Assembly: GCA_030390025.1 (NCBI GenBank)
Contig: CM059432.1
Coordinates: 58,902,001-58,966,000, forward strand
Length of the DNA stretch: 64,000 nucleotides
Source of the DNA: Squalus acanthias
Lineage: Eukaryota
Reading direction: 5' to 3'
Position numbers and translations under genes: made by a program. Positions 1-12,009 of this stretch are shown here, piece after piece (position 1 is the stretch's first letter; each line of letters starts with the position of its first letter). Under the pieces are notes generated by a model. It was given only the letters and a program-made list of their open reading frames with translations. It was not told the DNA's origin and searched no databases.

Positions 1-559
1 GTCCTCGCAGATGGAAATCTTAGAAATTACTTGAATTGATGTGAACTTCCACTTTTTACGCTCTAATCTCACTGTAAAAAAAACCCGAACAAGTTAAGCC
101 TTGTTGAATGATGTGTAACTGGGCTTTTAACGGCGTACTAAGTCATAATTACTGATGAGCAACCTCTCGGACCCTGAAAAACGAATTTTATATTTGTGAA
201 ATGTCAAATTTCTCCATTATGATAAAAATTCCGTAGATTTAAAAAAAAAAAAAATTATTTCAGCTTCTACCTTAATCCCATGTGTATGTCCCAATTTTTA
301 TTTCGCTCTTTGTAAAATGATTAAAAAGTGAAGGAATCGGTGCTTTTTATTTCCTGGTTTGCTGTTTGAGAATTCTTCAATGTGATTGATGACATCACTG
401 TTACTGGACACCAGAGATCCCCTATAGATGACTTCAGAATGAAATTAAAATTGGGACAGTTGTAATCCACGCCACAGAGATCGCTAAATCTTTGTAGGCA
501 GCTTTCTTCGAGGTCAGCGGCGAATGCCGTCACTTCACCGCTGACCGCAAAATCCGGGC
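1..559. mobile_element. Partial non-autonomous DNA transposon (Harbinger-like terminus)
   Basis: Ends in gcaaaatccgggc, resembling the GGC..GATTTT/GAATTT termini of other elements here; the other end is outside the window. Confidence 0.4.
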
Positions 560-855
560 TATTATTTTAAACCTAAATGGAGTAACCATGTATAGCCCAT
601 CTTAACAGGATGTGACTCCTAACTATACATACTGAGACACTGATGTGTACTCCAAATAAACTAGAACAGTGCTAAAGTTGGATATTGCAAGACGTTTTAC
701 CATTTTTAGAAAAAAAACTTATTGTATACTTAGATCTTAAAAGGTCATCTATCCAGTGTATCTACATATTTTGGCTAATGAAGTGTATAAATTCTTGATA
801 ACTTTTTTTTGGTTAAAAAGCAAACTTGATTTCCTTTGCTTATTGCTACTTCTAG

Positions 856-944
856 ATGAAGACAGACTGTCCAGAAGAAAGAGCATTGTTGACACTGTGT
901 CAATCCAAGTTGACCTTCTTGGTGTCAGTGTACAACAGGACAAG
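856..944 (+). CDS. EFR3A: EFR3A internal coding exon (DEDRLSRRKSIVDTVSIQVDLLGVSVQQDK)
   Basis: ttctag acceptor and AAG|gtaaag donor. The peptide matches the remembered vertebrate EFR3A segment DEDRLSRRKSIVDTVSIQVD. Phase 0 end fits the next exon. Confidence 0.93.
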
Positions 945-1793
945 GTAAAGAAAGCTTTTGTTTTTAAAGTTCCAGTAGATGTTAAGACTCTTCCTGGCCT
1001 TCTGCCACTTGTGCTACTTTGAGAGAAAGTCGCTTCCATATAATATGAATACTTTTCTAGTTCATTCAGTGCAACCCACCATTATAGACTGTATCTGTAG
1101 GGACCATGCAATTGATTTTGTTGGAGCTGTGTTTTATATGGGATCTTTGCTTAAAAAAGGAACTCTAATACAGTACATGTAATTGAATGTTTTTTTGAAA
1201 GGGTCTGTTTATGTAGTGCATATATGCAGAGCACCTGATGCTGAATTTGATGTAGCAACCTAAATCTCAACAAGGTTGATTTAATCTTTAAATCCATGCA
1301 GTTTTAAGTATATTTGTGTAGTGGTTGTTCCTATACCAGGCTTTAAACTGCACCTCTGCTATTTTAACCATTTTGAAATTTGGGTCCCAGTATGATAAAT
1401 GTTTTGTCTAGAATTGTTTCATAACTGAAATGTCTATCTTTTAAGGTGGGTCTGATTTATGTTGCCTTCAACTCCTCCCCCCCCCCCCTCACTTTCATTT
1501 TCTCCCCTCCTGCTCTTTGTGGGTCATGCAATTTCCTCATCCTAAACCCAGGTTCCTTTTGAAATTGCTGCTAGAAGATCATGAGTAACTTGTTGACCAG
1601 TCTCCCTCCATTTTCCCCTTTCTCCCCACGTGGCTGAGATGGGCAATCCATATGATCACCACGGTGCCCTCATGGCTGAAATTGTCTCAGTGCGGATTAT
1701 GATAAACTAATATGGAAAAACCAGCCATTAAAATACATCTTTAATTATATATGTACAGTCCATAAACTTCAATGTTCATTTTAATTTCCACAG

Positions 1794-1842
1794 ACAAAGA
1801 TGGTTGAAGAAATCACCTTTGAAACACTGAAGAAAGCCATAG
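1794..1842 (+). CDS. EFR3A: EFR3A coding exon (TKMVEEITFETLKKAI)
   Basis: ccacag acceptor, AG|gtatgg donor; EEITFExLKKAI motif; 49 bp, ends in phase 1. Confidence 0.92.
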
Positions 1843-3763
1843 GTATGGGTAACAAGTTGGATTAAAAAAAAGTAAAACTGCACTTTTTAAACAGCCGCAA
1901 GGCACGATGCAATATGGTGGAGGGGGGAGGAATAAGTGTAGTAAATGTGCTAGTCTTTGAACTGTACAATTGAGTCTGACTCCTAATTCTCCATAAAAGA
2001 GAGAATGTTTCTTGAGTTTTTATGGTGCTTTTGCTCTCATTAGATTAACACCAATTTCCACAGTACGTTATCTAACAAACCCCATGCAATATTTAATTTA
2101 TATATATTTTATATATGCTCTTAACAAAAATCATCAGTTTGTAGACATGCCTTGCACTTAATTATTAACCATTCTTTGATCCACATAGTGTAATAATCCA
2201 GTAGTAGTTCCTCTTTTCATAGACCAGTGTTGCTAAGTAGTTTGCTGCTGATCTGCGTCAAAGGCACTAATGTTTGGGCTTTCTCATCATTCCCCAACAG
2301 TCTAGGTTTCTCGACTCTTAATACTGAATTAAGAGCTGCATTTGGTTAGGTTTACACTCAAAGCCTGAAAGGGTATGATTCCAGGACTGAATTATCCAAA
2401 TTAATTTTAAAACTTTTTGCCCATCTTTCTCCCTTCCTCCCCCTAATTTTTATGTGCCTGTAAAATCTCTCTTTTTTGCTGTAGGAAAACATTCAAATCA
2501 AATTTTTTCTAATAAACTGCTGTTGTCCACACTCTTTGGGTTTCCTGCTAAAAGGCAAAATTGCTCTGGAATTAGGTTCACCTGTCAGTTTTCCTCTCTG
2601 TAATGGAATAGGGCACTTTCGTGAGACATTCACCTAGTGAGCTGGCCAAAGTCTAAATTAAATCTATTATAATTGACACTGATAGTGGAGTTTCAAATGC
2701 CTCTTTGTCTCAAACCTGAAATTTCAGAACTGCAAATTCCCCATAATCTTATCAGTAATTCAGCCTCTGAGATTAGAGTAAACTTCTCCTCAGCTTCCAA
2801 CTTTTAACAGTGATTATATGTTGCTTCTAAATTTTACAGTTTTGTCCAGGATTAGTAAGGTAGTGTTGGAACTATCTTGATGAGTACATGAATAGCAGAC
2901 TATGCAATGGTTTTCATTTTGGGAGTATGATAAATGTGTAATGTACTAGTTCTGTGTGTACCATTTAGTTTTTATTTTTAAATAGTTTTTAAACCATTCT
3001 GGTGATGTGACAATCTGCTTGCAGAGCTGGACAAATAACCATAAATTTTATATTAATGCATACTGGAATGACTGCCTGTATAGCCCTCATGCTTGGAATG
3101 ATAGTGTAACATCAATGCTATAGCTCCTCAATCATAATTATTTCTGCCCAGTACCAGCATTTGCTACTTCACAAGCTATAATTTCTCCAATGCCCAATCC
3201 AAATCACACAAGGACAAATAACTTACTTTAAAATTAGACATGAAGTCATTTCACCTGTTCATTTCTCCTGCCATCCAAGACGCACTCTAACACCTCTGAA
3301 ACTCAGACCAGTGCTGTACTTGCAGTCACAGACTCCGTATGTCGCGTATCGCATATTTACCTGTACATGTATAGCCTCTTGAATTTCAGACGGATCTGGA
3401 ATACACAGTGGTTGTATTCTAGGTCCACATATGTTAAATCTACTTTTCAGTCTCCGTCTACTGCTGGAGCGAATTAGACTTGCACCAGTGGGTACATATA
3501 GGCAATTTTAACACATGTCAGTATGTTGATTGGGTTCTGGGACATTGTTGTTTCGCTTCAAAGATTGAAGCTGACAGAACATTATCCCACTACCAGCCTG
3601 CCTTCTGGGTTGATCTGCAACCAAATTAGAGTGAGAAGTAGCAACTTTACAATACAACTTTTATGGTATGAATTTTCTAAGTTTTGTCATTTACGGATTT
3701 TGTAAGATTCTATTTTAATGAGGGGGGGTTTTCCCCTTTTTTTGTGATGTCTCTCTAAAGCAG

Positions 3764-3867
3764 ATAGCCAAAATCTTGAAGAGCAAGAAAGAGAAAAGCG
3801 ACGTCAAGTAATTGAGAAGTTTCAGAAAGCACCCTTTGAGGAGATTGCAGCGCAATGTGAATCCAAG
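3764..3867 (+). CDS. EFR3A: EFR3A coding exon (DSQNLEEQEREKRRQVIEKFQKAPFEEIAAQCESK)
   Basis: aagcag acceptor, AAG|gtgagg donor; KFQKAPFEEIAAQCESK is the EFR3A-type sequence (EFR3B has AAHCGAR). Confidence 0.95.
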
Positions 3868-4483
3868 GTGAGGCCAAACCCCTCTTGCAGTGTAACTGCT
3901 GCACTTAATAGTAATAGAAGCAAATCTGTAGCTGTTCCATTAGGTCAGATTAGTGTTTTAACAGCAGAGTGTATTTACCATGCCTCATCTTTGCTCTGTT
4001 TATGGCAGAACACATGATAGGTTCTCTCCAACTGAAAGCATTTTTTCCTTTTTGTGGGGTGGGGTGGGTGTTGAGATATGTTTTCTTTTTCCAAGTTGAC
4101 AATTGTTAGTAATAAGTGCAGTATAATATGGAATGTTTTTTATATTGGAGTATGCTGGACATATTACATCAGACCTGAAATCTTCCACTTAGATGTTAAC
4201 TGGTATCTGAGCCCATAGGATGAATGCATTTTTATTTTTAAATGGTTGTGCCAAATTAAACTCCCAAATAAACACTGAAATTGTCTGCTGCTGTGCTACT
4301 CAACATTATTTTGTCTGTGTGGCAGTCAGCTTTCTTTAAAAAAAAATCTTGTAAAACTCCAGGATTAGTGCCCATCTATAAAGCTTTACTGGTTCAAAAA
4401 GTACTGTACTTTTATACCAGACTAAAGCAGTTGTTTATGTTGAGACTTGTTGAGGAAAAAATAACATTTACCTTTTCTTCCAG

Positions 4484-4533
4484 GCAAACCTACTCCATGA
4501 CAAACTTACAGAAATATTTGAACTGACAATAAG
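4484..4533 (+). CDS. EFR3A: EFR3A penultimate coding exon (ANLLHDKLTEIFELTIR)
   Basis: Polypyrimidine tract plus cag acceptor, AG|gttagt donor; ANLLHD matches EFR3A; ends in phase 2. Confidence 0.94.
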
Positions 4534-4838
4534 GTTAGTTACTTTCTTTTGAGTAAGAATCCTATAATTTATTTATTAATTTATAATAGCCCATATAGTA
4601 TACTGTGAAGTACAATAAAATGAATTTCCAGTTATTGCAAAATAACAAAAATGATAGCTTAAATGATGAATAGTCTTCAGTTTTTAGTTTCCAGCTCTAC
4701 CAGAAATGAAGAGGTTTGATATGGAACTGTGTGTCTGAATACCAATTTGTTGCATCCATTTAATTAATGCTTCCCCAGATTTTAAACTAAGCTAATAAAT
4801 TAGTTTCCATCAAATATGAACTACCTTTTGAAATCAGT

Positions 4839-6576
4839 GGGGGGGAATTTTTCAGGGGGTCAGCGGGCGCATTTGGTGGCAGGTCGGGTGCGAAATTATT
4901 TTTTTTGACCAGGTAGGGAACACGCTGTCAACCCGCCGCCACACTAGTTTCATAGATGTCGGGTCAGTCATCGCTGAACAGACCCGACACCAAGCAGCAG
5001 GGGAGGCAATTTAGATGATTAAGAGCTTGTTAACAGGTACTTAAACTATTTTAAGCTCACCTTTTAAATTTTAAGAGTTCGCCCACGGTTTCCCCGCTGC
5101 TCAAGGATCACGTTGGGTAAGCAGATCGGGAGTTGTCACCATGGGATCATTTCTTAACTTGACAGCTGCAAATGTGCTATAAAAGCTCCCATTTCATAGC
5201 TGTTCACTTTCCAAGGTCAGAAACTGTTGCTTACTGCATTTGGAAGACAGATTGAGCTTTATGCAGCTTGCAAGTGTTCGGAGCAAACTGTATCCAGTGT
5301 CACCTCATTGGAACAACCCCTCTCACCATTGGCAGATCGCTTCTGTCATCTCAACTTCACCTGCCATCTGTTCCACCAGCATCGGTGCCCTTGAAACTAT
5401 CTCCCCATGCTCCTCAGAATCCCACCACGATCACCAGGCACACCAACAGCACCAACACCAACCTTCTCCACAATCAACTGATGCTGCACAGGACACGGCA
5501 TCAGCACCTGACCACATTGCTGGCCGGGAGGCCAGAGATGGCCTCACCATAGCCAGATTTACTTCACTTGACACTGTACACCCTGGCTGCCACATGATGC
5601 GCCAGGTTGGCACCACCCCACACCAACACCATAAAGCATCCCTACAATGCCTAAGCCATTCCTTTCACACTCATCACCATTGTAGGGGGTACCGTTATGT
5701 CTCACCATTCACTGTAACTCACTAAGCCACTTCCAAAGGTGCACACAAATCTGTCCAAGAACGCAAAGTGTTGAAAATAAAGATTTCAATGTTTGACAGC
5801 ACATTAACAGAAACGTCACATGAACATTGGCTAAAACACCCAAATGCCTACCCTTGCGTGTTGTTATTTGGTATGATTGGACTGGGATAAGGGTGAGTGT
5901 GAGGGGTGGCTAGTGAGATGGGGAAGTGATAATATAGATAGAGAGGGATGGGTGGAGGTGTGAGTAAGGATGTGCAGGAGTAGGGTAGTGAAGGCAGAGT
6001 GATGGGGATGTGATGAGTGGCACAGGAGGATGAGGTTGGGTGTGGCTTTGCAGTAACGTTTCGTGATCTACTGAGATCATTGAAAGGTTTGCGCCACTGC
6101 AGCCTGGTCCTCCTGATGACATCCCTGCTTGTGTCCTCCTGTGCAATGTGCAACCAGGCTGCGTTGATCTCCTGGGGAGGTCTCTTCCGCCCATGGGAAA
6201 GGAAAAGAACCTGCGTGCTGTGAGTCCCTCCATAAGCATATGGAGGGAGTCATGGGAGAGCCTGGGTGCAGCCGTGCACCTCTGCAGTGCTTGTCAGTTT
6301 TTACAGCACCTCAATGCTGTAGAACACTGACAACAGAACTGTCAAAATCAATTTGCGTGCTGTGAGTCCCTTTAAGGAAACTGGCTGATGACACGTCATC
6401 AAAAGTGACGTCATCAGACCCGCTTCCTTCAATTGGCCGGGAAACGCGCTGGGCAAGCTTAACAAGCCCAATCAGAATAAGATCACTTTGGACAGCGGGC
6501 CGAAGCCAGCAACAGGGTCGCAACCCGCCACCGACCCCGGCCGCACGGACCTTCCGAGGTAGGGGAAATCACAGCC
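4839..6576. mobile_element. PIF/Harbinger internal-deletion derivative, copy 1 (EFR3A last intron)
   Basis: Termini gggggggaattt and aaatcacagcc; 3-bp flanks agt/aat. Minus strand has a Myb/SANT-like remnant (IAQEDTSRDVIRRTRLQWRKPFNDL); plus strand has a transposase C-terminus-like remnant (GREARDGLTIARF). Homologous to 34960-36704 and 54483-56135. Confidence 0.8.
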
Positions 6577-7599
6577 AATGTGTCTACTTCACACACCTGT
6601 AAGAAATGACTGGCTTAGTAACGTCAAAATATTTTCGCCATGTTTTAAATAAAATTCTTAAGTCTTTTCCACTGAATCCAAATGGAAAAAGATGCAGTAA
6701 TGGTAAATAGTTTAATGTGTAATTTACCCCACCAGTGAATAGAACCAAATATTTTGTGAGTACCATGAGCTTTCTCGGTGTCACTTGGCAGTGTGCTAAA
6801 TTTCAAATTCAGTGGCTTACCATCTAGGACTGTAAATGTGATTCAAGGTATTGAAAAGAAATGTTTTAGACCCGGACATTAATTTACTTCTTTGGGGTGA
6901 AGGTCATAACCAAAACATTCATGTACCAATTAGGATATACAATTGCAACCAACTTAATTCTAGCTGTAATGTGGAGCTTATTGCACACCATTCTGATTTC
7001 TTCTGTAAAGTTATGGTATTTTAATACTTGCGGCAGAAAAAAGGCACAAGATTCTGGCAAACTGAACTTGCACTGATTGCTATTGTGTTTCACAGCTGTC
7101 ACTATGAATTTAGATATTCTATTCCCCTACCCTCAAGCCAGACCCCTCTAATAAATAGTGATATGATTTTCTCAGGCTTCTATACGCCCAGTGATTTGTG
7201 CACTCTTGTTACCATCTCAGCATTATTCACCATATCATAACCCATCATAATCTTGAAGACAGGACCAAAATATGTTTCAGATATGTGCCCTGTGACCACA
7301 GCACTCGTCCATCAGAGCTAGGTGGAATTTTTGAAGTTCATACAGGGTGTGGTATGTACAGTCTGAATCGACCCTCTTTCATTCTGCTGCATGAGGGTTA
7401 CTTCTGGTTTCCTTCCAATCTTCGCCTGAGATCGGAAGACCTAAGTTGTGCTCCCAGGATCCATGTTCATTGCCATCTGGCGTAGAGTAAATTTGTAGTT
7501 AGAAACGGAAATTAATGTAACTTATTGGAAAATTAGATTAAAGTTTATATGAAGCTTTAGGAATTAAGGAAACGTCCTTTAAAAATAAATTAATGCAAA

Positions 7600-8215
7600 T
7601 ATAATCATTGAACATTACAGCACAGAAATAGGCCATTCAACGTATCAAGTCTGTGCTGATGGTTTTTCTCCACGTGAGCCACCTAGTCTAATCCCACTCT
7701 CCTCATCCTTTAATATGCTCCTTTTCAAGCAAAAAAATACTTAGACTCTGCTTCAACAATGGTTCGCGGCTGAGAATTCTGATTTTTCCGTCTACTACTT
7801 TTTGTGATTACCTTAAATATGTGCCAACTTTTCACCGGTCAAAACAATCTTGCATTATTTACCTCATCATAAACCCTCACAACCCTGAAGTCCTCTGAGA
7901 TCACCCCTGAACCTGCTTGGCACTGGTGGGGGAGGGGGGGGAAAGGCCCCAACTTCTCAAGTCTCTTCATAGCTGTTACCCCTTATCCCTGGTAATATTC
8001 TAGTGAATCTTTTCCATTACTTTTATATCCTTTCTCTAATGAGACACCCAAAACAGCGCACACTACTCCAACTGAACGTTCCAAAGATCTTGTATAAGTT
8101 CTACATTACCTCTCTGCTTTTGTATTCTATGTCTCTGGATGCAAAACAAATTTGTTTGTCTTTTCATGGCCTTATCTACTTGGCTGCCACTTTTATTGGG
8201 CTGTGTTTTGCGTCC
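7600..8215 (-). mobile_element. Degraded CR1 LINE 3' portion
   Basis: Reverse complement resembles the RT C-terminus and 3' UTR of the intact CR1 copies in this window. Confidence 0.6.
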
Positions 8216-8229
8216 CCAGTGACACGCAT

Positions 8230-9899
8230 CTTTCCCTTCAGTAGTTACAGTAGAAGAGGAGGATAGCTTGCCGTAAATCCCAAAGAAACTAATAAAGAAT
8301 CGGGGACAGGGACTCTAAAATTAACTTAAGTAAAATAACAGTAATGAAGAAAATAATGGCATGAAAGACTGACAAATTCCCAGGGCCAGATGGTTTCCAT
8401 CCCAGGGTTTTAAAGGAAGTAGGTGAGCACATTGCAGACGCTCTAACTATAATCTTCCAAAGTTCTCTAGATTCAGGAACTGTCCCTTTAGATTGGAAAA
8501 TTGTGCTTTTTTAAGAATAGCGAGAGGGAAACCAGGGAATTATAGACCAGTTAGCCTAACATCTGTTGTCGGGAAATTGATAGTCTATAAGGATAGGGTG
8601 ACTGAACACCTCAGTTTTCAGTTGATCAGAGAGAGCCAGCATGGATTTGTGAAAGGTAGGTCATGTCTGACAAACCTGATTGAATTTTTTGAGGAGGTGA
8701 CTAAAGTAGTGGACAGGGGATGTTATTTATATGGAGTTCCAGAAGGCATTTGATAAAGTCCCACATAAGAGACTGTTATCTAAGGTAGAAGCCCATGGAA
8801 TTGAGGGCAAACTATTGACCTGGTTGGGAAATTGGCTGAGCGGCAGGAGACAGAGAGTAGGGATAATGGATAGGTACTCAAATTGGCAGGATGTGACTAG
8901 TGGTGTGCCACAGGGATCTGTGTTGGGGCCTCAACTATTCACTATTTATTAACTACTTAGATGATGGGATAGAAAGTCATATATCCAAATTTGCCAATGA
9001 CACAAAAATAGGCGGCATTGTAGGCAGTGTAGATGGAAGCAGAAAATTACAAAAGGATATTAATAGATTAAGTGAATGGGCAAAACTGTGGCAAATGGAT
9101 TTCAATGTAAGCAAATGTGAGGTCATCCACTTTGGACCTAAAAAGGATAGAACAGGGTACTTTCTAAATGGTGAAAGGCTAAAAACAATGGCTGTCCAAA
9201 GAGACTTGGGAGTCCAGATACATAGATCATTAAAATGTCATGAACAGGTACAGAAAATAATCAAAGGCTAATGGAATGCTGGCCTTTATATCTGGAGGAC
9301 TAGAATACAAGGACGTAGAAGTTATGCTGCAGCTATACAAAACCCTGGTTAGACCACACCTGGAGTACTGTGAGCAGTTCTGGGCACCACACCTTGGAAG
9401 GATATATTGGCCTTGGAGGAAGTGCAGCGTAGGTTTACCAGAATGATACCTGGACTTCAAAGGTTAAGTTAAGAGGAGAGATTACACAAATTAGGGTTGT
9501 ATTCTCTAGAATTTAGAAGGTTAAGGGGTGATTTGATCGAAGTTTTCAGGATATTAAGGGGAACAGATGGGGTAGAAAGAGAGAAACTATTTCCGCTGGT
9601 TGGGGATTCTCGGACTAGGGGCATAGTCTAAAAATTAGAGCCAGACCTTTCAGGAGTGAAATTAGGAAACGCTTCTACACACAAGGTGGTAGAAGTTTGG
9701 AACACTCTTCGCAAACGGCAATTGATGCTAGGTCAATTGTTAATTTTAAATTGGAGATTGATAGCTTTTTGTTAACCAAAGGTATTAAGGGATATGGGCC
9801 AAAGGCGGGCATATGGAGTTAGAGCACAGATCAGCCATGATCTCATTGAATGACGGAACCGACTCAAGGGGCTGAATGGCCTACTCCAGTTCCTATGTT
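8230..9899 (+). mobile_element. 5'-truncated CR1 LINE (RT region and 3' UTR), frameshifted
   Basis: NYRPVSLTS, QHGFVKGRSCLTNL, FQKAFDKVPH, SGVPQGSVLGP, SKFANDTK; tail ggcctactccagttcctatgtt. Confidence 0.92.
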
Positions 9900-10294
9900 G
9901 AACGCAATAATCAAACACTCAGTATTGTAACAGTAAGTAATAAAGGAGAAATTTGCAATCAAAAGATAAAGTGGTAGAATAATAGAAGATGAAGGGAAAC
10001 TAATAGAATGAATGACTTTCTAGAAATATTCAGTAGGGAAGAAAATACTGATTTACTATCTAATTATTCAATAACAAATATACTAGAGGAATTTGAAATC
10101 CATTTGTGGGACCTTCACTACAGATGGCGCATGTTCTGAGGTGCTAAATGAGACTGGGGGAAATTAGATGCTGGCTACACTCATGAAGAAACATTGGATA
10201 ATGGAGAAATTCTCTAGGTTTGGAACCTACAGTGAAAAAGGGGACACATCGGGCCCGAGCAATATAGGCTCATAAGCCTAACATTAGCAGTGGT

Positions 10295-10650
10295 AATCAC
10301 TTAGCACAGTTGGCTGCACTCTTGCCTCTGGGTCAAAAGGTTATGGATTCAAGCCCCATATCAGGAGCATATAAACTAGGTTGAAGCTGCAGTACAGTAA
10401 TGAGGGAGTGAGTGCTATATTGTGGGACGTGCCATCCTTTGGATGAGAGTTTAACAACACTTGAAAAGACAGACTGGACCTTAAGATCTCCTAACATTGG
10501 TCCCTGAACCAATGCTATCAAAAAATCTGACCATTCAAATTATTATTGTATGGGATGTTGCTGGCGCAGAATTGCTATCTCGTTTGCCTACCTAAGTCAC
10601 TGCATTTAATTTATTTTTAGGATGCGTTTGAGATATTTCAATGACATAAC
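10295..10650 (+). mobile_element. Degraded tRNA-derived SINE (Deu/SacSINE1-like)
   Basis: A-box-like ttagcacagttgg and B-box-like ggattcaagccc; the body resembles the reverse complement of 30368-30685. Confidence 0.55.
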
Positions 10651-10719
10651 TGTTATTAATAAAATAATTTATTTTATTTGATCATTCTAAGTAGGTTAGA
10701 GTAGTACCTATATTGCAAT

Positions 10720-11300
10720 AGTTTAATAGGAAACAGCCAGCATAGACCTAGGAGGAGGTTTGGATTGGAGAGCTACTTTAGCTTCTTGACGACCTGACAA
10801 AAGAAAATAATGACTATTATTTCTGATCAGTGTCCAGACAATGTGCACAAAAAATTAAAAAGCAAATAAAATGTTGAGATTCATAACCAGAGCAGTAGAC
10901 TACAAGTTGGCAGAGGTTATACTAAGGTTTATAATGTACTAGTCAGATCAGACTTGGATGACTATTTGCAGTTTTGATAGTCATGCTTCAGAAAGGATAT
11001 TGATGTGTTTGAGAAGGTACAGAGTAACCAGAATGATCCCATATGTAAAGTGGATTAGTGAGGAAGAATTAAAGAAGATTAAAGAAACTTAATCTGTAGA
11101 GAGGAGGTTAAGTTAAAACTCATCAATGTATTACCTGCGAGTAGGTCAAGATAAAGATTTGAAAAAATCTACCACATAATGTTGTAGAATCAGACGTATA
11201 GGGCTTTCAAAATGCAGTTGGCTGTTAGGTTAGGTGAGTTAGTGTACTAGAGGGACAAGCTTCATTGAGCCAAATGACTTTTTATCATTTTTCTTGTGTT
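10720..11300 (+). mobile_element. Highly degraded CR1 RT C-terminus/3' end
   Basis: Residual similarity to the CR1 3' region (agaaaggatatt...gagaaggtacagag). Confidence 0.5.
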
Positions 11301-12009
11301 ATGCCCTTCCATACAGTGACTATTTGAAAGGAAGTTGTTTTGAAACGAGCAGCATTATAGTCAATGTTAGAAATTTCAGTAGGCCATTTTGATCTTTTAT
11401 TTCTCCCTTCAGTTCTGGATTAAAGCAATATATTCTGCCTTTTCAGTTCTGACGTGTATGATTGCAACACAACTTGTAGCATTTTTGTTAATTTACCTGT
11501 GATTAGGTGTTGAATGCATCTGGTAGGGACTAACAACAAGACACTGTGAAGATATTGTTATGGTTTTGATGGCAGATTATTCTGATTTAAATGGACACTC
11601 CTGGGGAAAAAATGCATGGGTTTTTTTTGCTTGCAGAGAATGAAAAATTGTGCATCCCCTCAATCCTGTTACTGTAGAGGCAAAGCCATACTTAATGCTA
11701 AATAATAATTACAAATAGTCTGTTTTAAGTATAGTGTCCATAATGTTACACCAATTTCTGTGCATTGATCTAATCCATTACACTTCTTAGGATTATAATA
11801 AAGCTTTGACATGAAACCATACTATTTTTTTTCTTTATAACATTTATGATATTAAGCCAGACACCTCTTGCTCCAACTAAGGTCATCCCTCTTCTAGTGG
11901 CTTTGCTTGTTTCCTGTGGCCCTGATCATTTTAAACCCCTGTTGTGCCAGCCAAAGTGGGACAGTGTGACGTTGGCAGTAGTTACAGCAGATAAATGAAC
12001 CAGACCAAA

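Noticed and set aside
756..1022. 88-aa ORF as a standalone gene
   Set aside because: Only 856-944 is coding (EFR3A exon with splice sites); the rest is open intron sequence.
5240..5725. His/Gln-rich 161-aa ORF as a novel host gene
   Set aside because: It lies in a repeat present three times here, and the frame is not conserved in the other copies.
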